Positions 56,857-64,000 of a DNA stretch of 64,000 nucleotides are shown here, in pieces. Location of the stretch: assembly GCA_041664245.1 (NCBI GenBank), contig JBAYLC010000004.1:16932-80931 (forward strand). Direction: 5' to 3'. Source of the DNA: Minisyncoccota bacterium (GTDB taxonomy: Bacteria; Patescibacteriota; Minisyncoccia; UBA6257; 2-01-FULL-56-20). The notes beneath the pieces are model-generated. The model did not search any database, was not told the DNA's origin, and saw only the letters and a program-made list of their open reading frames with translations. Made by a program: the position numbers and the translations under genes. The stretch's first letter is position 1, and each line of letters starts with the position of its first letter.

Positions 56857-57894
56857 CTAACCCCCTGTTTGGCAATTATACAAATGTCCCCAACAAAGAT
56901 GCCAATGATCAACTTCCCAATAATAATTCACTCCGTCGTTGCCCGTATACCAAGTATTCGGAACCGGAGTGCTTAAACCGATTTGAGAATACACGTAATT
57001 ATTAACGGACGGAGTGTTATCTATATCCACTCTGGCCTTTCCTGGTCCGTGGGTATTATGACCCACCTCCGTTCCGCCCGTCACAATTAAATCGCAACTC
57101 GGGCAAGCGTTTTTAATCGCCTTAAGTCCGTCAACTGCCGACCATGGCAATCCCAGCAAACTCGTACAACTAGGATTACTGATATCATTACAATTACCGC
57201 TACTATGGATTTTGATCCCCGCCGCCGTAAGTATCGCTCTAATCGTTGCGTCATCATTACCAGTCCCTCCAGGCAACTGCCCTGTTCCCGTTGCATTATT
57301 TCCCGTGCCGTTATTTCCAGTACCATTATTCCCCGTGCCATTATTTCCGGTGCCCGCCCCACCTAAACCACCGCTCCCCATCGGCGGCGGGGTACAAACA
57401 ACCGTTCCCCAACCGATCTTTCCTTGCCCCTGCCCAGCAAAAAGACCCAAACCCCAAATAAATGTATTAATAATTAAAAATGAACCTACACCAAGCGCCG
57501 CTCCAATAATCGCTCCAGTCAAAATTTTCTTTCCTCGCGATATCCCCGCTGGTGATCCCTTTTTCCCGCCCTCTAAAATAGTTGACGCTCCGCCACTTGT
57601 TAAAATTGTGAGTCCTCCCCACATCACCATGATCGGCACAATAATAAAAAGAAGAATGGTAAGCGCGAAATAAACCACTCTTTGCCCCAAATCCATCAAG
57701 TCGCATAAGCTCTGGCAAGATTGCTCTTGGCACTGCGGCGGCACCAAACCGTCAGTTGCCCAAAATCCGGCCGGCCAAAGAGAAACCTCTCCGTGCGCCA
57801 CTTGCGGCACTATCAAAAAAACCAGGAAAAAAATTCCGGTGAGCACTAAAGGAAAAAACTTCCAAAATTTTCCCATTAATATAAATTGTAGCAC
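56857..57894 (-). CDS. Fusion protein: N-terminal secretion-pilin-like domain, (GTGNN)4 linker, C-terminal Cys-rich LAS-type (M15/M23-like) Zn-peptidase-like domain; putative peptidoglycan hydrolase
   Basis: N-terminal signal plus helix-loop-helix (VVYFALTILLFIIVPIMVMWGGLTILTSGG...GKKILTGAIIGAALGVGSFLII). GTGNNGTGNNGTGNNGTGNNATGTG linker encoded by 15-bp tandem repeats (57280..57345). C-terminal HNTHGPGKARVDID and EVDHWH motifs, reminiscent of the HxxGxAxD and HxH zinc ligands, plus Cys pairs. Confidence 0.45.
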   Translation of the reverse strand: MLQFILMGKFWKFFPLVLTGIFFLVFLIVPQVAHGEVSLWPAGFWATDGLVPPQCQEQSCQSLCDLMDLGQRVVYFALTILLFIIVPIMVMWGGLTILTSGGASTILEGGKKGSPAGISRGKKILTGAIIGAALGVGSFLIINTFIWGLGLFAGQGQGKIGWGTVVCTPPPMGSGGLGGAGTGNNGTGNNGTGNNGTGNNATGTGQLPGGTGNDDATIRAILTAAGIKIHSSGNCNDISNPSCTSLLGLPWSAVDGLKAIKNACPSCDLIVTGGTEVGHNTHGPGKARVDIDNTPSVNNYVYSQIGLSTPVPNTWYTGNDGVNYYWEVDHWHLCWGHLYNCQTGG

Positions 57895-57896
57895 AT

Positions 57897-59204
57897 TTAA
57901 CTGCCCAACCTCGCCGCTTTCATCACCGCATTGATCTGATCCTGCGCCTGGCCCAAAGCCCTAAAAGAATCCGTTTGCCCCATTAGGACATTCGCAATCG
58001 CTCCTGAAAAAATATTTTTTATCTGCCGGTCATCGGCTTGCGCCCAAGAACGGGCAATGAGGGCTTGGCGGGCAAAAATTCCGATATCCGGATCATTTTT
58101 TTTCTCGTCAATAATTGATTTCAAAGCTGGCGACCGATTAGTGCCGCTAAGATAATCATGGGAAACCGCCGGCGTTGTGGCCAGATAAATAATAAAATCC
58201 CAAGCCGCCGCCGGCGCCCGGCTCTGTTTAGAAACAGTCAGTCCTCTATAGTTAGCATAAGCAATCGATCTTTCCGCTCCCGTCGGTTGGGGCGCCGCCG
58301 CGGCCGCAAAATTAAGAAATGGATTTTTATTCTTCACTAAATTAAACGTGCTTTGATATCCGAAAATCATCGCCGTTCCCTCGCTCGAAAAACTATCAAT
58401 CGCGTTTGGCTGGGTGTCACCCCATGTATAAAACTGGGAATAAGGATTAGCAAAGCTTAAATAAAAATTAAAAGCCGCCATCCCTTTCCCGTTCTTTCCA
58501 CCATCAGAAAAAACCGCCGCGTATCCCTTTTGGTCTAACATCTCGGTGCCATTTTGGAGCATAAGTAAATTTAGTAAATCCACTGCTCCCGGAATAGTTT
58601 TTTCTGACCCCCCAATTGCCGCGCCGGCTATTTTAATCCGGTCGCCGCTCTCAATTTTTCTAAGCGCCGCCACGTCCGATTGAAACTCATCCCAAGTTTT
58701 CGGCGGATAAACAATTCCTGCCTGGTCAAAAAAATCCTTGTTATATAGAAGCGAAAGCGTATCGATATAAAGCGGCAAAGCCCATATTCTTCCGTCTTGA
58801 ACAAAATCCTGCTCCACCACTTGCGGAAAATCCGATCTTAGCTGGGTCAGCAAATACTGTGTCGCCGCCGCTGGTTGCATTTTATTTTTTTGCCTTGCCA
58901 CCGATCGATTACCAACCATAAAGATATCCGGCCCAGTCCCGGCCGCTAACGCGTCAATAAGCAGGCTATCATAGTTAGTCTCGCTCACTTTTTGATACTT
59001 AACTTTTATGCCGGTGCGAGATTTTTGGTAGGATTCAATGGCTTTATCAAAAACCGGCTTATCATCAAAACCCCACATCAAAAGATTGGCCGGCGGCAAA
59101 ACCGGTCCGTTCTGGCGCAAATTAGAAAAAACAACTATCAGCAAAACAATGATAAAAATAAAAACTCCTCCAATAATCAAAACTTGTTTTTTCGAAAACT
59201 TCAT
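57897..59204 (-). CDS. ABC transporter extracellular solute-binding protein (family 1, sugar-type)
   Basis: N-terminal membrane anchor/signal, about 430 aa periplasmic binding-protein fold (WGFDDKP...LPLYIDTLSLLYNKDFF). Confidence 0.65.
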   Translation of the reverse strand: MKFSKKQVLIIGGVFIFIIVLLIVVFSNLRQNGPVLPPANLLMWGFDDKPVFDKAIESYQKSRTGIKVKYQKVSETNYDSLLIDALAAGTGPDIFMVGNRSVARQKNKMQPAAATQYLLTQLRSDFPQVVEQDFVQDGRIWALPLYIDTLSLLYNKDFFDQAGIVYPPKTWDEFQSDVAALRKIESGDRIKIAGAAIGGSEKTIPGAVDLLNLLMLQNGTEMLDQKGYAAVFSDGGKNGKGMAAFNFYLSFANPYSQFYTWGDTQPNAIDSFSSEGTAMIFGYQSTFNLVKNKNPFLNFAAAAAPQPTGAERSIAYANYRGLTVSKQSRAPAAAWDFIIYLATTPAVSHDYLSGTNRSPALKSIIDEKKNDPDIGIFARQALIARSWAQADDRQIKNIFSGAIANVLMGQTDSFRALGQAQDQINAVMKAARLGS

Positions 59205-59244
59205 AATTTAAATTTTCAATACCTAATATCTATAACCTAAACAT

Positions 59245-61686
59245 TTAAATAACCACCACCCCCGCCAACCTATCTCCAGATTTTAGATTCATAATTTTCA
59301 CTCCTTGAGCCGCTCGGCCGGTATTTCTAACGCTTTTAAGCGGTGTTCTTATAATCTGCCCCTTCGCCGAAAGCGCCAAAATTTCTTCCTCGTTAGTTAT
59401 CACTTTACTGGAAACCACTATTCCTGTTTTTGAAGTTATCTTTGCTGTCTTAATGCCCGAACCTCCTCGGCTCTGCACTTTATACTCCGAAAGCTTTGTC
59501 TGCTTAGCGAACCCATTTGCCATCACCACCAAAAACCGCGCTGTTTTCATTGCCTCCTTATCCTCCTCGTTAATTATATCAAACCCAGCCACCACGTCGC
59601 CTTTTCTCAAACGCACCGCTCTCACGCCCGCTGCTGTTCTTCCCATCGCCCTTATTTGTGATTCCTTGAATCTTATCGCCTGCCCATTCTTAGTCGTCAA
59701 AATAATCTGATCCTTTCCGCTTGAAATTCTCACCCAACCCAAAAAATCGTCTTTTTTAAGATCAATCGCAATTATTCCCGTCCTCCGAATATTTTGAAAA
59801 TCCGCCACCCTCGTTTTTTTAACCAGCCCGTCTTTTGTGACCATCACCAAAAATCCGCCGCTATCTTTTCCGCCCTTGATATCTGAATAGCTCACAATCG
59901 CGCTTACCTTTTCCGTTGTCGGTAGTTCAAGAAAATTATGGACGGCTTTCCCTTTTGACGTCCGGCTGGCCACCGGAATATCATAGGCTTTAGTTTGGAA
60001 AACTCTCCCCCGGTCAGTAAAAAACAAAAGATTGTCGTGCGTGTTAGCGCCCAAAAAATGAGTTAAGAAATCGTCTTCTGCCACCTCTGAACCGATTAAT
60101 CCTTTGCCGCCTCGATGTTGACTCTTAAACGAAGTCGGTGGCATCCGTTTTATATACCCCCCCGCGGAAAGCGAAATCACCGCTTCTTCCTGTGGCACTA
60201 AATCTTCTTCTCTAAAAGCGGTGACGCCCGCTCCAACCACTTTCGTCCTCCGCTCGTCGCCATATTTTGATTTCAATTCCGCTAATTCTTCCTTGATAAT
60301 TTTCAAAATCCGCGTTGGACCCTTTAAAATTAAATTCAACTCTTTTATTAGCTCCAATTTTTCTTTAAGCTCGCTCTCAATTTTCTCCCGCTCCAACGCC
60401 GCTAATGCTTGCAACCTCATTTCCAAAATCGCCACCGCTTGAATCTCGGAAAATTTAAAATTCTTTATTAAGTTAACTTTTGCCTCTTCCCGATTCGCTG
60501 ATCTTTTAATCGTTGAGATAATTTTATCAATCGCATTAAGCGCCATCGCTAAACCAGTTAAAATATGTGCCCGCTCTTCCGCTTTCCTCAAATCAAATTC
60601 CGTTCGGCGCCGAACGACAATTTTTCTATAAGCCAAATAATAATTAAGAATTTCCGCAAGTGATAAAAGTCGCGGCTGAATTCCATCAACAAGTGCAATC
60701 ATATTCAAATTAAAATTCTTCTGAAGGTCGGTGTGTTTGTAGAGTTGGTTTAAGATTTTCTGCGGTGGCACATCATTTTTAAGCTCAATCACGATCCTTA
60801 GGCCTTCTCTCCCTGATTCGTCCCGAAGATCTCGAATCCCCTCAATTTTTTTATCAGTTACCAACTCCGCCATATGTTTGATCAACTCCGACTTGTTTAC
60901 TTGGTAAGGAATTTCAGTAATCACAATCTCGCAACTTCGGCTCTTTTTTTCCACCACCTCCGCCACCGCCCGAGTCATGATCGACCCCTTGCCGGTAACG
61001 TAAGCTTCCCTAATCGCCCCCGAGTCAAAAATTATCCCTCCAGTTGGAAAATCCGGCCCCTTCACAAATTTAAGCAAGTCCTCCGAAGAAGCCTCCGGAT
61101 TTTCAATCAAAAAATTAATTGCTTCGATTATTTCGCTTAAATTATGAGGCGGAATATTAGTCGTCATTCCAACCGCAATTCCCAAACTTCCATTTAAAAG
61201 CAAATTAGGAAGTTTCGCTGGCAATACTTTCGGTTCTTGCCGGCTGCCGTCATAATTCGGCTGCCAATCAACCGTTTCTTTTTCAATATCAATAAGAAGT
61301 TCTTGGGAAATTTTAGCCAGCTTCGTTTCGGTATACCTCATCGCCGCCGCCGAATCACCGTCGATTGAACCAAAGTTTCCCTGTCCCTGAATCAACGGAT
61401 ACCGCAAAGAAAAATCCTGTGCCATTCGAACCAAAGTATCATAAATCGCCATATCGCCGTGAGGATGATATTTACCCATTACTTCACCGACAATGTTGGC
61501 CGATTTTTTGAATTTCGCGTCCGCCGTAGAACCGCTATCCCACATTCCCCAAAAAATTCTCCGCTGGACCGGTTTTAATCCGTCCCGCACATCCGGCAAA
61601 GCGCGGCTCACGATAACCGACATCGCGTAATCCAAATACGACTCTTGGAGCTCTTTAACTATTTCTCTTTTATCAATTCTTCCCAT
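59245..61686 (-). CDS. gyrA: DNA gyrase subunit A
   Basis: Active-site region AAMRYTE(T) and QRR motif, with a C-terminal beta-pinwheel repeat domain (813 aa). Confidence 0.95.
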   Translation of the reverse strand: MGRIDKREIVKELQESYLDYAMSVIVSRALPDVRDGLKPVQRRIFWGMWDSGSTADAKFKKSANIVGEVMGKYHPHGDMAIYDTLVRMAQDFSLRYPLIQGQGNFGSIDGDSAAAMRYTETKLAKISQELLIDIEKETVDWQPNYDGSRQEPKVLPAKLPNLLLNGSLGIAVGMTTNIPPHNLSEIIEAINFLIENPEASSEDLLKFVKGPDFPTGGIIFDSGAIREAYVTGKGSIMTRAVAEVVEKKSRSCEIVITEIPYQVNKSELIKHMAELVTDKKIEGIRDLRDESGREGLRIVIELKNDVPPQKILNQLYKHTDLQKNFNLNMIALVDGIQPRLLSLAEILNYYLAYRKIVVRRRTEFDLRKAEERAHILTGLAMALNAIDKIISTIKRSANREEAKVNLIKNFKFSEIQAVAILEMRLQALAALEREKIESELKEKLELIKELNLILKGPTRILKIIKEELAELKSKYGDERRTKVVGAGVTAFREEDLVPQEEAVISLSAGGYIKRMPPTSFKSQHRGGKGLIGSEVAEDDFLTHFLGANTHDNLLFFTDRGRVFQTKAYDIPVASRTSKGKAVHNFLELPTTEKVSAIVSYSDIKGGKDSGGFLVMVTKDGLVKKTRVADFQNIRRTGIIAIDLKKDDFLGWVRISSGKDQIILTTKNGQAIRFKESQIRAMGRTAAGVRAVRLRKGDVVAGFDIINEEDKEAMKTARFLVVMANGFAKQTKLSEYKVQSRGGSGIKTAKITSKTGIVVSSKVITNEEEILALSAKGQIIRTPLKSVRNTGRAAQGVKIMNLKSGDRLAGVVVI

Positions 61687-61735
61687 TTGTTTTTTTAAAA
61701 ATAATTTTCATTAATTGTTGATTATCAATCATTCG

Positions 61736-62023
61736 TTACTTAATAATATATTCCCGGGGTTGGCTAAAAATATTCCCTATCAAACTTCTCGCTGTATCAA
61801 AAACGGCTGCCACCGCATTCTTTGCTGTTTCCAAGAAAGAGAAGCCCCCGATTTTCTGGAGCGGTGGCTCCTGAGGCAAACTAAGTGTGAAGATAAGATT
61901 GTTAAAATAACCAATCCAAATATAAATTACAATCGCGATGATCACTGTTGCGCTTCCAATCATCCAACGCTTTTTTGTTTGGTCATCTGACGACTGAAGT
62001 CTTTCTAAGAATTTTCTAAACAT
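61736..62023 (-). CDS. Small membrane protein, unknown function
   Basis: 95 aa with one TM helix (MIGSATVIIAIVIYIWIGYF). Confidence 0.35.
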   Translation of the reverse strand: MFRKFLERLQSSDDQTKKRWMIGSATVIIAIVIYIWIGYFNNLIFTLSLPQEPPLQKIGGFSFLETAKNAVAAVFDTARSLIGNIFSQPREYIIK

Positions 62024-62037
62024 TTCTATTTATAAAA

Positions 62038-62616
62038 CTAAACGTTCTCTTTTAGTAAAATTACCTGCATCTTCCCTAACTCCAAATCTTTTTTCTTAAA
62101 AACAAATTTATCCTGCGTTGTTATGTTCTGGCCAAAAACTTTGGAAACCAGTTTTTCATCAGCCGAAAAAGTTGGAATTACCACCGCTGGCTCCAATTGC
62201 TTCACCATTTTCAAAACATCTTCCTGATTTAAATAACTTCCGCCAAAAGGAACAAAAACAATACTAGGATCATTGAAATTTTCTAAAATTTCCGCCGACG
62301 GCATTTTTTTAGTCGCCCCCAAAAACACAAAACTAATATCCTCCCACTTAATCAAATAAGCGGTCTTTATTGATTTTTGATTTGACTCATCCGGAATCAT
62401 CCACCCAGTAATTTCAATTCCCTGAACCTCGTATTCTCCGGGAACGGTTATCTCACCTATTTGATTAAGATTTAAGTGCGCCAAATCAGTCTCCGTTTTT
62501 AAAACCACATCGGCTTTTAAGCGATTATTTGGAGGGTTAATTAAAACCGATAAACTGCCGTTTTGAAGGCGAAAACCGCCTTCACCGCAATAATTTATAA
62601 CCATCAGTTCCATCAT
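62038..62616 (-). CDS. Hypothetical soluble protein (possibly MBL-fold hydrolase-like)
   Basis: 192 aa with no clear motifs. The assignment is weak. Confidence 0.3.
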   Translation of the reverse strand: MMELMVINYCGEGGFRLQNGSLSVLINPPNNRLKADVVLKTETDLAHLNLNQIGEITVPGEYEVQGIEITGWMIPDESNQKSIKTAYLIKWEDISFVFLGATKKMPSAEILENFNDPSIVFVPFGGSYLNQEDVLKMVKQLEPAVVIPTFSADEKLVSKVFGQNITTQDKFVFKKKDLELGKMQVILLKENV

Positions 62617-62694
62617 TTTATCAGAGAAAATCGCCTTTGGGAAGCCGAAATTGACTATCCCGATTCAATAACCTATAATCAGCTAATCTAAAAA

Positions 62695-63786
62695 ATGATA
62701 GCTAACAACAAAAAGATTTCCCCCGTCATCAACCAACTTCTCAAATCGGGAACAGTTAATTTAAACGGCCCCCGGGAAGGCGACGTGGTGGAAGCCGAAC
62801 TCATCTCTAAAGATGGCCGCCAGGCATTTTTTGACATTGGGAGCTTCGGCACCGGCATTATCTACGGCTCCGAATTTTCCAATGCTAAAAATATAATCAA
62901 AAATCTCCAGCCCGGCGACCGCCTTCCGGCTAAAATTGTTAACCTTGACGGCGAAGCCGGCTATGTTGAACTCTCACTTTCTGAAGCCGACAAACAACAA
63001 ATTTGGCAGCAAATCAAAGAACTTCAAGAATCGGGCGAAATCGTAAAAACCAAGGTTACTGGAGTAAATAGCGGCGGCTTAACTGTGAACATTCTCAATC
63101 TCAAAGCCTTTCTTCCGGTTTCCCAACTCTCAAATAATCACCAACCTAAAGTAACCGACGGCGATAAGCAAAAAGTAATCGAGGAGCTCAAAAAAATTAT
63201 CGGCGAAGAGTTGAGCGTCAAAATAATTGACGTTAACCCTCGCGGTAATAAGTTAATAGTTTCAGAACGGGAAACCGCCAGCGTTAATGTTAAAGAACTG
63301 CTCACAAAATACGAAATCGGCCAAGAAGTTGACGGACTAGTTTCCGGCATTGCCGACTTCGGAGTTTTCGTTCGCTTTGTCGACAATCCAGACATTGAAG
63401 GCATGATTCATATTTCCGAATTGAGCCATCACTTAGTTGATAATCCAAAAGAAATAGTTAAATTAAACGACGCCATTCGGGTAAAAATCATCAACATTCG
63501 AGACGGTCGCGTTCTCTTGTCACTAAAAGCGCTCCAGTCAAATCCTTGGGAAAAAATAACCGAAGAATATGAGGCTGGAAAAGAAATAGCAGGTCAGGTC
63601 TATAAATTCACTCCTTTCGGCGCGATAATCAATTTAGGTAAAGAAATTCAAGGCATGATTCACGTTTCCAAATTCGAAAGTTCTGAGGATATGAAAAATA
63701 AACTCGCCCTAAATCAAGATCATAAATTTATAATCGAATCAGTTAATAAGGAAGAAAAACGCCTCACCTTGGATTTGAAAAAGTAG
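62695..63786 (+). CDS. S1 RNA-binding domain protein (ribosomal protein S1-like, four S1 repeats)
   Basis: Repeated S1 signatures (GDVVEAELISKDGRQAFFDIGSFGTGIIY; GEIVKTKVTGVNSGGLTVNI; GQEVDGLVSGIADFGVFVRF; GKEIAGQVYKFTPFGAIINL). Confidence 0.75.
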   Translation: MIANNKKISPVINQLLKSGTVNLNGPREGDVVEAELISKDGRQAFFDIGSFGTGIIYGSEFSNAKNIIKNLQPGDRLPAKIVNLDGEAGYVELSLSEADKQQIWQQIKELQESGEIVKTKVTGVNSGGLTVNILNLKAFLPVSQLSNNHQPKVTDGDKQKVIEELKKIIGEELSVKIIDVNPRGNKLIVSERETASVNVKELLTKYEIGQEVDGLVSGIADFGVFVRFVDNPDIEGMIHISELSHHLVDNPKEIVKLNDAIRVKIINIRDGRVLLSLKALQSNPWEKITEEYEAGKEIAGQVYKFTPFGAIINLGKEIQGMIHVSKFESSEDMKNKLALNQDHKFIIESVNKEEKRLTLDLKK

Positions 63787-63853
63787 GTTTCTATTCTCGT
63801 CCTCTTTATTGGGGGTTCACTTATTCGAAACTATAGAGTAAAATTTTCGCTAG

Positions 63854-63928
63854 GCCTGGGTAGCTCAGTGGCAGAGCGCAGCCCTGAAGAGGCTGGCGTC
63901 CGGTGTTCGATTCACCGCCCAGGCACCA
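63854..63928 (+). tRNA. tRNA-Phe (anticodon GAA), CCA encoded
   Basis: GCCTGGGTAGCTCAGTGGCAGAGCGCAGCCCTGAAGAGGCTGGCGTCCGGTGTTCGATTCACCGCCCAGGCACCA. Anticodon loop CTGAAGA. Confidence 0.85.
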
Positions 63929-63935
63929 ATAAAAA

Positions 63936-63966
63936 AACAACCCTTTGATTGGGGTTGTTTTTTTAT
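63936..63966 (+). terminator. Intrinsic terminator after tRNA-Phe
   Basis: aaCAACCC-tttgattg-GGGTTGtttttttatt. Confidence 0.7.
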
Positions 63967-64000
63967 TGCCTAGATTATCCTGTTAAATTTTCGGCTTTCT

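Noticed and set aside
57212-57673. Proline-rich ORF 57212..57673 (+) (PVPLFPVPLFPVPLFPV)
   Set aside because: It is the antisense reading of the 15-bp tandem repeat linker of the pilin-peptidase gene, not an independent gene.
1-64000. CRISPR arrays or cas genes
   Set aside because: No regularly spaced direct repeats were seen. The only tandem repeats are short coding repeats (PN linker at about 28500; GTGNN linker at 57280..57345).

Overview
This 64 kb window is AT-rich and gene-dense, with most genes on the minus strand. It reads as chromosomal DNA from a small-genome bacterium, most plausibly a Candidate Phyla Radiation (Patescibacteria) organism. That lineage call is an inference from the gene content, which is almost entirely information processing, cell envelope and pili, with no biosynthetic operons.

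Housekeeping genes I recognise from motifs:
- Translation and RNA: hisS (5' part, manually translated, running off the window start), pth, rpsR, rpsO, pnp, an S1-domain protein, a short relA/spoT-type (p)ppGpp enzyme.
- DNA: dprA, topA, gyrB, gyrA, recA, ftsK, parA, parB, xerC/D-like recombinase.
- Envelope and proteostasis: lepB, nusG, secE, clpB, htrA, cysteine desulfurase, a GalU-like nucleotidyltransferase, a phosphohexomutase.
- Five tRNAs: Ile-GAT, Val-GAC, Leu-CAA, Leu-TAG, Phe-GAA.

Two regions stand out.
1. Positions 1.6-12.4 kb hold a large type IV pilus locus directly upstream of dprA-topA: a PilM-PilN-like fusion, PilC, PilB, PilD, the major pilin PilA with its own promoter and a partial terminator, and several unusual minor pilins. 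One of these is a 438 aa pilin carrying fibronectin-III domains; another is a Trp-rich protein with repeated GWIxF motifs.
2. Positions 53.1-57.9 kb, after tRNA-Leu, hold what I rank as the most novel candidate. A consensus sigma70 promoter drives a protein with two prealbumin-like domains and a 501 aa polytopic membrane protein. Convergent to these are three paralogous small VirB2/TrbC-like secretion-pilin proteins (signal peptide, helix, Lys-rich loop, helix), separated by perfect palindromic hairpins. A fourth copy of that pilin domain is fused through a (GTGNN)4 linker to a Cys-rich LAS-type (M15/M23-like) Zn-peptidase domain. No VirB4 or VirD4 ATPase lies in the window, so this is either an incomplete or remotely encoded T4SS-like apparatus, or a new pilin-like envelope system.

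Other things worth a second look:
- A roughly 560 bp ORF-free, strand-asymmetric region between the rodZ-like gene and recA, with its own intrinsic terminator. It is probably a structured RNA.
- A roughly 1100 aa surface protein (signal peptide, peptidoglycan-binding domain, (PN)n linker, long beta-rich repeats) with a roughly 375 nt leader.
- A pilin-like globular domain anchored by a six-helix membrane domain instead of a prepilin leader.
- A DEDDy exonuclease / RNase H-fold / small-protein trio.
- A four-helix-bundle-HTH fusion regulator.

Several ORF-track start coordinates appear to be artefacts. Upstream terminator palindromes, alternative start codons and tRNA genes have been read as coding sequence; the affected features note this.
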